The translations under genes were made by a program, and so were the position numbers. From the NCBI RefSeq assembly GCF_018350175.1, contig NC_058368.1, forward strand, positions 235,974,001 to 236,038,000: DNA of 64,000 nucleotides, written 5' to 3'. Under the pieces are notes generated by a model. The model saw only the letters and a list, made by a program, of their open reading frames with translations. It did not search any database and was not told the DNA's origin. The first letter of the stretch is position 1. Every line of letters starts with the position of its first letter. Source of the stretch: Felis catus. Its lineage: Eukaryota. Below, piece after piece: positions 1-11,630 of this stretch.

Positions 1-127
1 AATAAGACCAGGCATTACTGTTAAATATACAGACCCTGTAAGATCTTTGCGCGAAAGTACCCCTTCCCGTTGAAAATCTAGTAAAAAGCCATTATTTTTT
101 GAAACTGTCAAAGGGATCTTATTTTAA

Positions 128-350
128 GGTAGCGTGGCCCGGTGGATACGAGCGCAGTTTCCGGAGAACTGTACCGCCTTGTGTAAATTCCTTGATCACT
201 CTGTGCCTCCATATTCTCGTTTCTAAAAGAAGAATGATAATGGTAGCTTCCTCGTTAAGGATGTTGTTGGTATGAAATGACTTAATATTTGGAGAACACT
301 TAGAACAATGGCTGTCTTTTAGTAAGTACTTTATAAGTGTCTGTTAAATA
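128..350 (+). mobile_element. MIR SINE remnant
   Basis: MIR core-like CTCTGTGCCTCCATATTCTCGTTTCTAAAAGAAGAATGATAA and 3' part ACACTTAGAACAATGGCTG...TAGTAAGTACT. Confidence 0.75.
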
Positions 351-519
351 AAATAAATGGCTTCGGAGAAGGATTTAGCATTTTCTTGGCAGATGTGCTT
401 GGCGTACTTAATATTATTTCAGTCATTCTTATGAATCTTAACTAATTCTGGTATCCCCAGGAGTAACCATTTAGAATAAATAATTTGTCCTTCCTTTGTA
501 TCTGAACCAACACTAGTCT

Positions 520-628
520 CTGGCCCCCTCGGGGAAGGGGCCGGTATCTGACTTCACCCCTTCATGTTCCAGGTTTCCTACTACGCCTGGCACGTGGAAG
601 GCATTCAATAAACAGATGTTTAATTAAT
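520..628 (+). mobile_element. L2 LINE 3' tail remnant
   Basis: GCCTGGCACGTGGAAGGCATTCAATAAACAGATGTT resembles the L2 3' end. Confidence 0.6.
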
Positions 629-1317
629 TTCACATTGTTTGGGGGTGACAATTTGCAAGGAAAAAGGAAAGGAGAGATTGTCCTTTAAATGGAGCGCGTT
701 TTGGCCACGTTTGCCTGCAGTTTAGAAAAGCGAGGTATCTTCTTTTCCACTATATCACTCAGCCAATTAATCAACACTTGAATGAATCCCAAGACAGACC
801 CTTCGTTTTGTCTACTTATTAACTTTCATTATGTGCAATAGCTAAAGTGTAATTGTGAACGGGATGGATTATGCCGTAAACTTTTTTCCTATTACACCAT
901 TCCTTCACAAATCCCCTTATTAAAGTGTACCAAGGGTGATATATTATGTTAAGAAGGTTTAAAACATAAGGTGACAATGACCTTCCCTTTAATTAACTAT
1001 GATGGAAACAAAGGTGGGCCCGATGATGATAGAGCGCGGCGGAAAACCATAAATCACCCTCCACACGGGAAGACAGGACACAGCTACAAAAATAACCTTG
1101 CGCTTCCCAGGTGAAGCGAGTGTTCCAGTGCACTGCTTGCACTATTATTTATTTACGCATAACTCCGTGGTGTCACGGGCGCAAGAGGGGGCTCAGGAAA
1201 CCCGAAAACGGAAGCCTGGCCGCCGCCTGCTGAGATCAGATTTCTGAAGCACTGAGGCTATCCTGTTCAAAAATGTCGACATCACCAAGTATCAGATACT
1301 TGGTACTGGTTTCATTA

Positions 1318-1572
1318 TTATCAGCGAGGCACACGTTACCTATAGCCAAATACACAGATCTTCGGGGTTCGGGTCGATGAGCTTTGACCATTGCACACGG
1401 TGGAGCAATCGTCATCAGCATAGGACATACGACGGCTGCATCACCCAGAACGTTCCCTGGTGCCCTTTCCAGTCAACGCTCCCTTCCGGTATCACTATTC
1501 TGAATTTTACTAGCGTACCTTAATCTCGCCCATTCTTTGATTTCACAAAGATTGAATCACACCGTGTGCGAT
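1318..1572 (-). mobile_element. Old L1M (L1MC/ME-like) 3'UTR fragment
   Basis: ATACACAGATCTT...GATGAGCTTTGAC...CATCACCCAGAACGTTCCCTGGTGCCCTTTCCAGTCAA matches the antisense L1M 3' end. Confidence 0.7.
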
Positions 1573-2013
1573 TAAAGTTTTTTCTTTATTTAGGCACCTT
1601 CTACTCTAATTTCTACACGTGTCTCCTCTTCTCCTCCCTCCCTTCCTTTTCTCCCTTCTCCTCCTGTTCTCCTTGTTCTTCGCTGGATACAGTGTGGCCT
1701 GGGACTGGAGCCTGGCCTCGCTTCCTCCTCCAGGGCTCTGCTTTTGCTCCCAGCGCCGGGAAGGCCCGCCTGCCTTTAGGAACAGTGGTTCTGGCCAGGT
1801 GTGTGTTTGGATCCCGGGCACTTTACCAGAGGAAACTATCCACGGTAACTTGATCGGGCGTCATGCTTCGCTGCCACCTCCCTCACCCTCCGTCCCCCAG
1901 ATCAGCTCCACATTTCCCTCCGCGTGTGAAGCGACAGGAGTTTCATCTCGGCCACATAGGTATGTCTAGTCTCAGACTAACGGGGTCATTTCGTCCCTTC
2001 TGCAAAAAAAAAA

Positions 2014-2221
2014 TTTTTTTGATGTTTGTTTGCTTTTGAGAGACAGAGAGAGGGACAAAGAGAAACAGAGCACAAGTGGGGTGAGGGGCAGAGAGAGAGG
2101 GAGACACAGAAGCTGAAGCGGGCTCCAGGATCCGAGCTGTCGGGGCTGGAACCCAGGAACCATGAGATCACGACCTGAGCTGAAGTCAGATGCTTAACCA
2201 CCTGAGCCACCCAGGTACCCC
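2014..2221 (-). mobile_element. Can-SINE
   Basis: T-rich tail, (GA)-rich block, antisense head CTGAGCCACCCAGGTACCCC. Confidence 0.92.
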
Positions 2222-3766
2222 AGATTTGCTGCCTTAATATGTAGGGAACGAGTCCTTTGATAATGTGTCTGGATTATGCATAAGAAAATCTGGTGACTTT
2301 ATCCCAGATATGGTCTCATGGGCCTTGCTTCACGAAGGTGATTGAGGAGAGAAGCGAGACCCGAGTTCTAGAGGATACTGTGCCTGCTGTGAGTGCCATT
2401 TCCAGCCACCGCCAGCCACGTGGCCAGATGAGCTGTCCTCAGCGTGTCCACGGACTAACCCCAACTGCTACCGGCCCGCCAGGAGACGGGGACGGTCTTT
2501 GAGAAACCACAGGAAAGTTGTGAGCACGGAGGTTTTTGCAATAAGAACTTTGTATTGCATGGTGCCCATAGACTTTTATACCAACTCATCCATTGACACT
2601 GAGCCAGCCGGGAAATGTTTCTGGAACCTTTGCACGTGTAAGGAAGTGCCCACTGTTAGCAACAGCTGTGGGGTGCACCTGCAGGGGTCCGCTCACGATG
2701 GGCGTCGCGTGGAGAGGCTCCTGGTGCAGAAGCTCGTGGACCAAACTTACGCTAGCAACGGGTGCCCTTCAAGGGTGGGGGTAATCTCCCCACGTGTGCG
2801 AAGACTCTGGTTTAGCGGACTGCTGCTTTCTTCAAATGTGCTCGGTTTTGAGGTTTTTTCAATGACAAAGGTGCACAGGCAAAAGTCCTCTCCACTAAAC
2901 TAGAAGGTTGTGTGCCCATAACACAGCGAGACAACCCCCCGTCAGTTCCCATTTGTCCGCGGGCATCTGAGCCACAGAGTTTCACAGAGGTCTTCCTTCT
3001 TCCTTCTCTCCTTCTCTCCTTGGGTAGAAGGTAGGGAAGGGGGTTGCAGGCAGAGACGTCTCTCAGTCACCCACTTTCTCCTTCAGAGCCCTGCAGCAAG
3101 AAGCCAGGGAGCACCCATATATTCAAGTCAACGCCCACGTGTCACTGCTAGTCCCCCCACCGGACCTGGGCCCCGGGGACACCTCCGCATGCAAGGGACG
3201 TCTCTGTCACACCAGCACGGCCTTTTTCACAGCGTCTGCCCTTGTTCCTCATACTGTCACTCAGAATTCTGTTTCTCACCGACGTTAACTCCCGTGTAAT
3301 ATAAGAGGAAAAAAATAAGAGAAGAGGGGACAGGAGCTTGTTGACGTCTGTAACCGGAAGTGACACCTCCAGATCACCTGGTGTAGAGATGAGGATCCAA
3401 GAACACCACGCAGGGCAGCGGCTGTGGGAACGCAGAGGAGAATTTGTGAGAAGTGATCCTGGAAAAAGTCACCGCAGAAGTTAAGCGGATGGTTTGGGCC
3501 GGTAGCATTACTTGGGCAAACGGCTGGGTGTGCCCTTGTAGACGGGCTTGGTAGACGGGCTCCTTGAGTGGGTGCGGGTGGAGATCATGGGGGCCATTTA
3601 AGCTCGGTCTGGTTTGTTCTGTTTTATTTACTTCATTTTGGGAGGTGTTGTGTTACGTTGTTTTATTCCGGTCTTTCAAAACTAAGCGGAACCACTTTGG
3701 TATAATCTGTGGTTCCAGAAGAGAAGAGCTTCAGAGGTCATAGTAGTCGAAAAAGAGTACGGTACC

Positions 3767-4125
3767 TACTATGGGCTGCGTATTTCCGTTCTCCTAAAAT
3801 TCATACGTTGACGCTCTAGGCTCCACTGTGATGGTTTTGAAGGGAGGTCTTTGGAGGTGATTAGGTTTAGATTAGGTGACCAAGGCGGGGCCCCTATGAC
3901 TAGTTCCTTGAAAAGAGGAAAGAGAGAGGGAGGTGTCTTTCCAGGAGCACTCACCAAGGAAAGGCCATGTCAGCACACAGAGAGGAGGCAGCATCTACAA
4001 GCCAAAAGTGCCCAAACTGTCGGCACCTCGATGTTCCTAGTCTCCAGAACTCTGAGAGATACATTTCTGTTGTTCAGGCTCCCTAGTTCATAGCATTTTG
4101 CTCTAGCTGCCCAGGCTGACAGCGT
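3767..4125 (+). mobile_element. MaLR solo LTR (MLT1A-like)
   Basis: AAAATTCATACGTTGA, TTTGGAGGTGATTAGGTTTAGAT, CTCCAGAACTCTGAGAGATACATTTCTGTTGTT are MLT1 hallmarks. Confidence 0.85.
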
Positions 4126-4828
4126 ATGTTCAAAGCCTGGAAGCACCGGCATATCGTGTCTTTCGCCTCTCAGTGAGTGGGATTTATCTGGTGTGAATCC
4201 TAGAAATCAAATAATTAGTGACTTCTAAGAGCCATTCCTCGTCAGCTCTTGGTTCATGGATGTTTCCCATACATACTGCTCTGGCAATTGGCCGGATGAG
4301 AATTTCTGGATGGCATGTTGGGGGGGGGGAAGCTATTATTCAACATTCTCCCTGCATTTGCCAGACTTTGGGTACGGAGATCCCTTATATGCGAGAGAAA
4401 AAAAAAGAAGAAGAAGAAGAAGGATTTCAGCCACAAAGACTATTGTCATCACGAGCACAAACAATGCATTGTCTCCGTCTTGCAAAGCCAGCGACAATTT
4501 ATGCTGAGTGAGTGGTAAAAAAATAATGCTGATTTAATTATATTTCCTATCAATGTACGTGCCGAGGATGGGGTGCTAATAAATTCCTATTTTTTACAAG
4601 GCTGTGTCTTTGTTAGTACCTAAATAATTCGTTTTTTTGTTTTAATTTGATAAATGACTGTATCACATTGAGTATGCATCTGTGCGTGTATACAGTGAGG
4701 AGCAAACGAGAGAGACGTATTATTCGAGGGAGCATTTTGTTTTAATTTAAGGCAATAGCTGTGTGTCCTGTGTGCAGAAGCCAATGCCCGCTAAGGCACA
4801 TGAGGATGTTAGACTGTTAATAGTTTTA

Positions 4829-4831
<3 letters not shown>

Positions 4832-4875
<44 letters not shown>
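4832..4875. repeat. (AT)22 microsatellite
   Basis: Uninterrupted AT run. Confidence 0.95.
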
Positions 4876-4879
<4 letters not shown>

Positions 4880-5630
4880 GGCCATGGCTGCTTGTACAGG
4901 GAAATACAGCCACACCTCTGGGGTGCATTTCCTGCTAGCGTCTACACCTCTGTCTCTTCTGGTGTCAGTGGTAGATCTCGCCAGCCCTCTTCTCCGTTGC
5001 GGGCACCCTGGGCAGATGGGCCTGTCTCCATGTGCTCTGCTCCCTGCCCGTGACCTTAGGAAGTCTTCAATGATCTTAAATACATGGACGGATGGATGAG
5101 TGGATGAGTGAATGCCACCTCTGGACCAGGAAGATGGCTCTGAGTGAAAGCTAAGCCCTACTGAGGCAAATTAGTAGTTTGCTGTATCTCAGGCAGAGGA
5201 TTTCAGGTGAGAAGTGTGGTTTTAACTAGTCATGATCACATTTAATGGTTTTTCTAAGGCCGCAGGATGGGAATATCTAAATTAGGTCGCACGTAATTAA
5301 TTAGCATACGTATATATTTTTATTTTGGGGTACTCATGACAAGGAAAGGTCAATAAATTTATTGGCATGCTTGAGATGTACGTGTGGGGGGGCGCATATT
5401 TGTTAACAAACAAAATGAAAGGTCTTTTGTAAACCTGCGTGTCGACACGCACGCGAAGCTCTTGTGCTGTTTCTCAGCCCTTCTGTTTGCTCCTCAAAAC
5501 TAGCATTTTCCATGCCAGCACCCCAGGCCACCGGGGGTGGAGGGACACATTTGATCACCCGGGTGTAGGTGTATTCATGAGAGATAAATATTGGGAATTC
5601 AAGAAAGCATGCAAAACATTAAGGTCTCAG

Positions 5631-5857
5631 GGGTGCCTGGGTGGCGCAGTCGGTTAAGCATCCGACTTCAGCCAGGTCACGATCTCGCGGTCCGTGAGTT
5701 CGAGCCCCGCGTCAGGCTCTGGGCTGATGGCTCAGAGCCTGGAGACTGTTTCCGATTCTGTGTCTCCCTCTCTCTCTGCCCCTCCCCTGTTCATGCTCTG
5801 TCTCTCTCTGTCCCAAAAATAAATAAACGTTGAAAAAAAATTAAAAAAAAAAAAAAA
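5631..5857 (+). mobile_element. Young felid SINE (SINEC_Fc-type) with perfect TSD
   Basis: Head CCTGGGTGGCGCAGTCGGTTAAG, poly(A), TSD AAAACATTAAGGTCTCAG at 5613-5630 and 5858-5875. Confidence 0.97.
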
Positions 5858-8800
5858 AAAACATTAAGGTCTCAGGCCACACCACCATGAAGTGACCCCG
5901 TTTCTTCCTGGCCTCCATGGGCAAATCTGCCCACAGCTTCCCACAAACTGGAAGGAACTGGTGTGGCGGGGGACGTGGGAAAGTCAAAGCGACTTGGCAG
6001 AATTTGGCGGGGAGGTTGGATGTATTGCTATTTGAATATTTTCCCCTGCTTTTGCTAATAAGGCATGACAAATGGAGTCACCTTTAATACTTCTCTCGCT
6101 AATAATGTCATAAAAAATACCCTCCCTTTCATTGTGACCTCCGGCCAGTCATCAGTGGGCTAATGAAGAGAAGCTGGCGACAGGTCTCACCTGGGCAGCG
6201 CTGATGGGGGCTTCCCCCGGGTTCTGCCCGGTCTGTACTGGCACCGCCTTTCTGGAACTCCCTGTCAGATCAAGGAAGCGTGCAGATGTCTGCACAGCCC
6301 AGCCCCCGCATCCGCACGGTGCCGCGGTCATGAGCACTTCCCCCGTGGAGGGGGCAGAGGGAGCTGTTGGTCCACTCCAGATGGCTGTTTCAGAAAAGGG
6401 CCTTTTCTAAAGTTTACACCTATGGTCAGTATTCCAAATTACCACCACTACTACGTTTTTCTCTTTTCCTGGGCATCTTTCATAAATTCCTGCCAGAAGT
6501 TTGGCACGAGTGGAAGTGAGCAGCTCCCCAGTTAATATTTTGGAACGGGGCTGAGAAATACAGTGACTGTCTTTACAATGAAAAGACAGAAGGAAAAAAA
6601 AAAAAACAGAAAACAGAAAACAGCATCAACCAAGGAGAAACAATCTGGCCAAATCACTAATAGTGCCATTGTTTAGATGTATGAGCCCCTCATTCAGTAA
6701 AAGCTTGGATTTCTGAACTGTATCCAGTAATGTCAGACATGGAGATAATTCATATAACAGTTTAGGAGCTGCCCGATGTAAAATATAAAATCTTCCTTCA
6801 GATCGCTACCTCAGATTCTTGAAGACAATAGACTATTCCAGCAGCTAATTTCAGTAGATACGTAAGGCTAATGATTAACCTTTTCTTTATTAACACCTAT
6901 TGAAATAATGACACGTCGAATGCACTTTTTACGCTTCAGAAGAAACACTGACACCCTAACATACACTTGAGAGTTCGTGCGTGCTCCCTCGCAATAGTCC
7001 CAGGCAGCGGCTTCAGGGGGGCATGCGATGGTCCAACCAGACAGCCACCCTCCCCATCAGCCCTGCGTCCTCTCACCTTGTGGGGGGTGAACCAGAGGAT
7101 CCCCATTCAAGGTGAGTAGTTGGTTAATGGTTTGCATTAAGAAAGCACAAGGATGTGGAGCAAACCGAAATAGCAACAAAAATTCTCAGGGACCCTTGGT
7201 CCACTGAATGTGATTATCTCCACGTAGCAAAGATGAAGATATTGAAAGCTAAACTTAAACCCCAGACCAAACAATCTTAACTTGGTCTGTCGCGGGTACA
7301 GTCTTGCATTGCAAAGCTCGCTCTGTAAGATTTTCCCAGCATGCTCCTGATGAACAGTTCTGGCCCTTTCTGAGGTGCATTAATTATTTTAGGTCACCAG
7401 GATTCCCATTGGGTACGCTGTGGTAGTTATTAAAATTCACTACCAGGAAGTAAGCATTAAGTCTGGTCTTTAAAAAAAGATTGATGGTAATAATTATAGT
7501 GTTAAGATACTTGAAAGTGGAAAACAATTACTTTATGAGACAAAGAGGAAATTTTAAAACCACACGGCTGATTCTTAGACTTTCGTAGTTTTTCAACTAC
7601 TATTTGAAAATTAGAGGAATTAATCTGAAAAATTGGAATAAGCGTCAACTCAGAGGAACCACTTCTCCTATGAATCCTTTTTCTGCCTGCAATTAACAGG
7701 CAGTTAATATGTAATTTTAAGCCACTCTTAAATTTAGGGGGGGGGGCAAGAACAAGGCACAGTTTTGCCATGTCCTGAATTATTCAGCTAACGCACATTT
7801 GGGTTATGTTATGATACGTCACAGTGATGGCTAAGTAGGAGTCCAAGTATAATGTCAAATAGGAGATTATAAGAGATATATTAGGAACTGTTTTTTTTTT
7901 CTAAACCTAAGTTAAAGACAAAAAGTAGAGTATATATAGATAGTAAAGTCATTCTAGTTTTCATTAGAAATGTGCTTCTTCACCCTTCGTTCAGAGGAAG
8001 CTAACCTGTGAAGCTCATTTCTTTCATCTAGGGAGAAGGAGGAGAGTCACCCGTACGTTACACGGGAACCGCTGCCTTCGTAGGGTTCAATTAGCTCAGT
8101 CTGAATGCACTCCTGGCTCCTGGAACCACTCTTCATTTATCAAAGGCTGCAGCTGAAGCAGCGAATGTTTAATGATAAAGGTTATTTCTTCATACGAGTT
8201 GAGTCCATTTCAGCCACGCTGAAGATCAGAAATAAATATAGGACTGCCTGTATGTCTGTAGGGACTGTGTTAATTGCGCGGGCTGGAGACTGAAATAAAC
8301 ATAATCAGACGTAATGACATGGTGATAAACGTGCTGAATCATATTCTCACGTTAGCAGTTAATATTCCACTTTGGGATTAAATTGAAACAATGGAGAGCC
8401 TGTGTGCTTTCTGTCCCCCCAGCCCCCGGCCCCCGCCGTGATGAACCGCCAGGAGACTACTTGGCACAGTAGTGGGTGGACGCGGGGACAGTGGGAGTGA
8501 GACTGCGCAGCGGGCTTCACGCGAGGATGTCCCCGAAAAGCCATCTCCAAGGCACTGCAGCGAATGCGTTTCCGCTAGATAGAAACGGCAGCATTTCTTT
8601 TTCTCAATTTAGAGAAAGCGTGCATAACAGGAATGCTGTGAAGGATGGCTTCACTTAATAGTGTCTTTCATTTTTAATTGCCAGATGTATTTCCCGGTGA
8701 GAAAGCCAAGAGCATAATTTACCTTGCTTACATAAAATTGTCGGTTCCTGATGCCCAAGGATGGAGTGCACTGCAGAGAAATAAAGGAGTTAATACTTCA

Positions 8801-10918
8801 TTATCTTTATTAACTTGACAGAGAGTGAGCTTCCTAAGACTGTATTTGGGGATTGACTAAATTACACAGCAGATTCTATCATTTCCTCCAGAGGACACAA
8901 GAGAAAATCTTGACAATGGAGAATATGGCAGAAATGGCTCTAATATCAGAAATGACACGTTTCCCCCGCTCTTTATATGGAGAGGTGAGGGGATTGGGGA
9001 GAAAGAGCTGGGGTTGTTCTCTCAGCAGCGAAGACAGAGGAGAGCCCCGAGTACTGTGTGTGTGTGCGTGTGCGCGTGCTTGTGCACTGCAGACATGACT
9101 AGGCTTACGTGTGTACAGTTTCTTCCCGCAAAAACTCAGAAATTTATGTGTAATATCGAATTCACCTGCCTTGCAGGCAGCACCGGGGGAGGGTTTTATG
9201 GTGCAGTTTCTCCTTATTCTGATTTATTCCCTTGAAAATGGAAGTGTGATAAAAGGCTAACCAGAAATGGATTGCTTTGTACACAACGAGATAATGAATT
9301 GCTATTATAAGGATGTATAATTATAAGAGGTGGTAAACCGCCTGGCTCTTCTGGCATCTTCTGCGAGTCCAAGGTGCTCTGCCGTGCCTAACAGATTTTG
9401 TGTGCAAGTGTTTGTGCGTGTATGAGCCATCAACGAGATCCTTACTTTTAAAGTAAGTCTTTGACTTTTCTTTCCTCCCGCGGCAGGTGGAAACTGGGCT
9501 GCAAAGTGCATGGGCTGAAATAAATCTGATGTGTGGGAAGACATTATAATGAGACACTAATGAGGGCCCTGAGTCCAAAGAAAGAATGTCACCTGGAAAT
9601 TGTGATCAGGGAGAGCGAGCTAATGAGAAATCACGGCAGAACACAGACCTGATGGTCCCCTCTGTGCCAGCCGTCCCTTCTGCCTGTCCTTGCTCCTTCC
9701 CACAGGGCTGCTTCAGGGAAGGGGGGCAGACGTGCCCGGCAGAATGCTGGGTCCTCCGGGGCGAAGCCCGCCCTGGGCTGCAGCACCCTGACCCGGGCTG
9801 GAAGGAGCAGCCCCAGAGCCGGCCTGGAGGCAAGTGGGGAGCCCTCCTCTTCCCTGGATGCAGGCGTTCACACAATGAGCGCCTCAAACTCTGCGGATCT
9901 CTGCTTGCACGCTAGCTAGCATCCCTCTTCTCTCTTCTTTGAAACTCCCGCAGACTTTGGAGCTTTCAAACTCACGCCACGCACTCGCTTTTGGGGTGGA
10001 GTCGAATTCCATGGTGGCTGTAAAATATCGATCAGGACCGAACGTTTTCCCTCACCTTAACTTCTTTGACTAGACCGTTTGCCTCGGTGTTTAATCTCTG
10101 CTGTTGGAAACGGAGCCCTTCTCGAAGCAACTCTTAAGACCGGGGCACTTCATTCCCTCTCAAACCGTTTTTCTTCATTGCAAGCTCTACTGCTCATTTG
10201 AAAGTAATCACCTCTTTACTGAAAGGATTACACCGCGTCGGTTGGGAACTTAAAAGATCGCACCATTGACTGGAGAAGGGAACAGGAAATCCCCCGCACA
10301 TGCAGGAAATACGTTTATTCTCTTGTCTCTTCTTTCGCTGTTCCCTTCAAGTGTCCCCAACATCACACTGTGTCAATGAACATATGCTTCTGGTAGTTAA
10401 AACAAGATTGTGTTTTGTGACATTGGCTAGCCTAGCTAGTGCTAGCATGTGAGTCGTCCTGAGTGGCCGCCCCCCCCTTCCAGGGAGCACAAAACAGGGC
10501 GGGCTTGCTTCCCCTCATTCAATGCGCCCCTCTCACGGCTGTTCCCCAGTTGAGAACACTCAGGTCCCCTTCCATTGTCCTCCTGACAAATGGTGAGTGT
10601 CCTCCATTTGCAGTGTCTGACCTTGACTAATTATGTACAATTGGTGCAGCTGCCCCTGGCTTTACCAAGCGCTGTAACCCCAGAACATGCGAGCAACTTC
10701 TCGCGCTAACACAGGACTTCAATTTGAGAACTTCATCACCCCAGACAATGCCTGCCCTTTGTGCGGACGCTCCATTCGGCCCGCCCTCTGCTACCATATG
10801 TTGACAAATAATTTATATTCATCCTGTGCTTTGTCCCTAACTTTTTTAACCGACTGTTTTAAAACACGTTGGAAAAGTTTTCTGAAAGTAATCTACCAAA
10901 ATAAGTCTGCTAAGATGT

Positions 10919-10944
10919 GAAAGAAAGAAGGAAGGAAAGAAGGA

Positions 10945-10983
<39 letters not shown>
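10919..10983. repeat. (GAAA/GGAA)n tetranucleotide microsatellite
   Basis: Purine-only tandem repeat. Confidence 0.93.
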
Positions 10984-11404
10984 GGGGGGAAAAAAAGCCC
11001 AGTAGAGAAAACACACAAAACACACTTGACGTTATTTATATTTGCTTTTCCGGTCACATTTATGATTCACTGTGAATATTTACATGGATGGTTTTTAAAT
11101 GGGTATTTTTCACAGTGATCCAGATGATCAGAAATGAAGTGGCCACTGGAACTTACGCCATGTGCAGGTTTTCCAAAAACAGAGTCGGGATGACATACAC
11201 GTATCTATTTCGTGATTTAAAAGCAAATGCAAAACATGTTTTTTTCATAGGCTAAAATCAAATAAATCCTTTAATTCTGAAAGTATAAAAGGGCCACTTG
11301 GCTGACTATTTTATTATAGTCTACGCTTGCCTTTACCTTTATGTTTCAAGATTTTCTCCACATTAAGCATGTTATGGTTGTCTCTTTGTAAACAAGACAT
11401 TCTT

Positions 11405-11630
11405 TTTTTTAAAATATTTTTTTAATGTTTATTTGTTTTTTTCAGAGAGGGAGAGAGAGAAAGAGATAGAGTGAGCAGAGGAGAGGCAGAGAGGGAGGGA
11501 GACGCAAAATCCGAAACAGGCTCCAGGTTCTGAGCTGTCAGCACAGAGCCCGACACGGGGCTCGAACTCACGATCGCGACCTGAGCCAAAGTCCGACGCC
11601 CAACCGATTGAGCCACTCGGGAGGCACCCC
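11405..11630 (-). mobile_element. Can-SINE
   Basis: Antisense SINE body; TSD AAACAAGACATTCTT / AAACGAGACATTCTT. Confidence 0.93.

Noticed and set aside
5591..5833. Recurrent ORFs such as 'GAWVAQSV..PTSAQV..' and 'HDLAVREFEPRVRLWADGSEPG' across the window
   Set aside because: Translations of Can-SINE sequence, not a gene family.
7061..7117. Possible 51-nt exon (CATCAG acceptor, AAG|GTGAGT donor)
   Set aside because: Strong donor but no recognisable peptide or partner exons; such sites occur by chance. RNA-seq would be needed.
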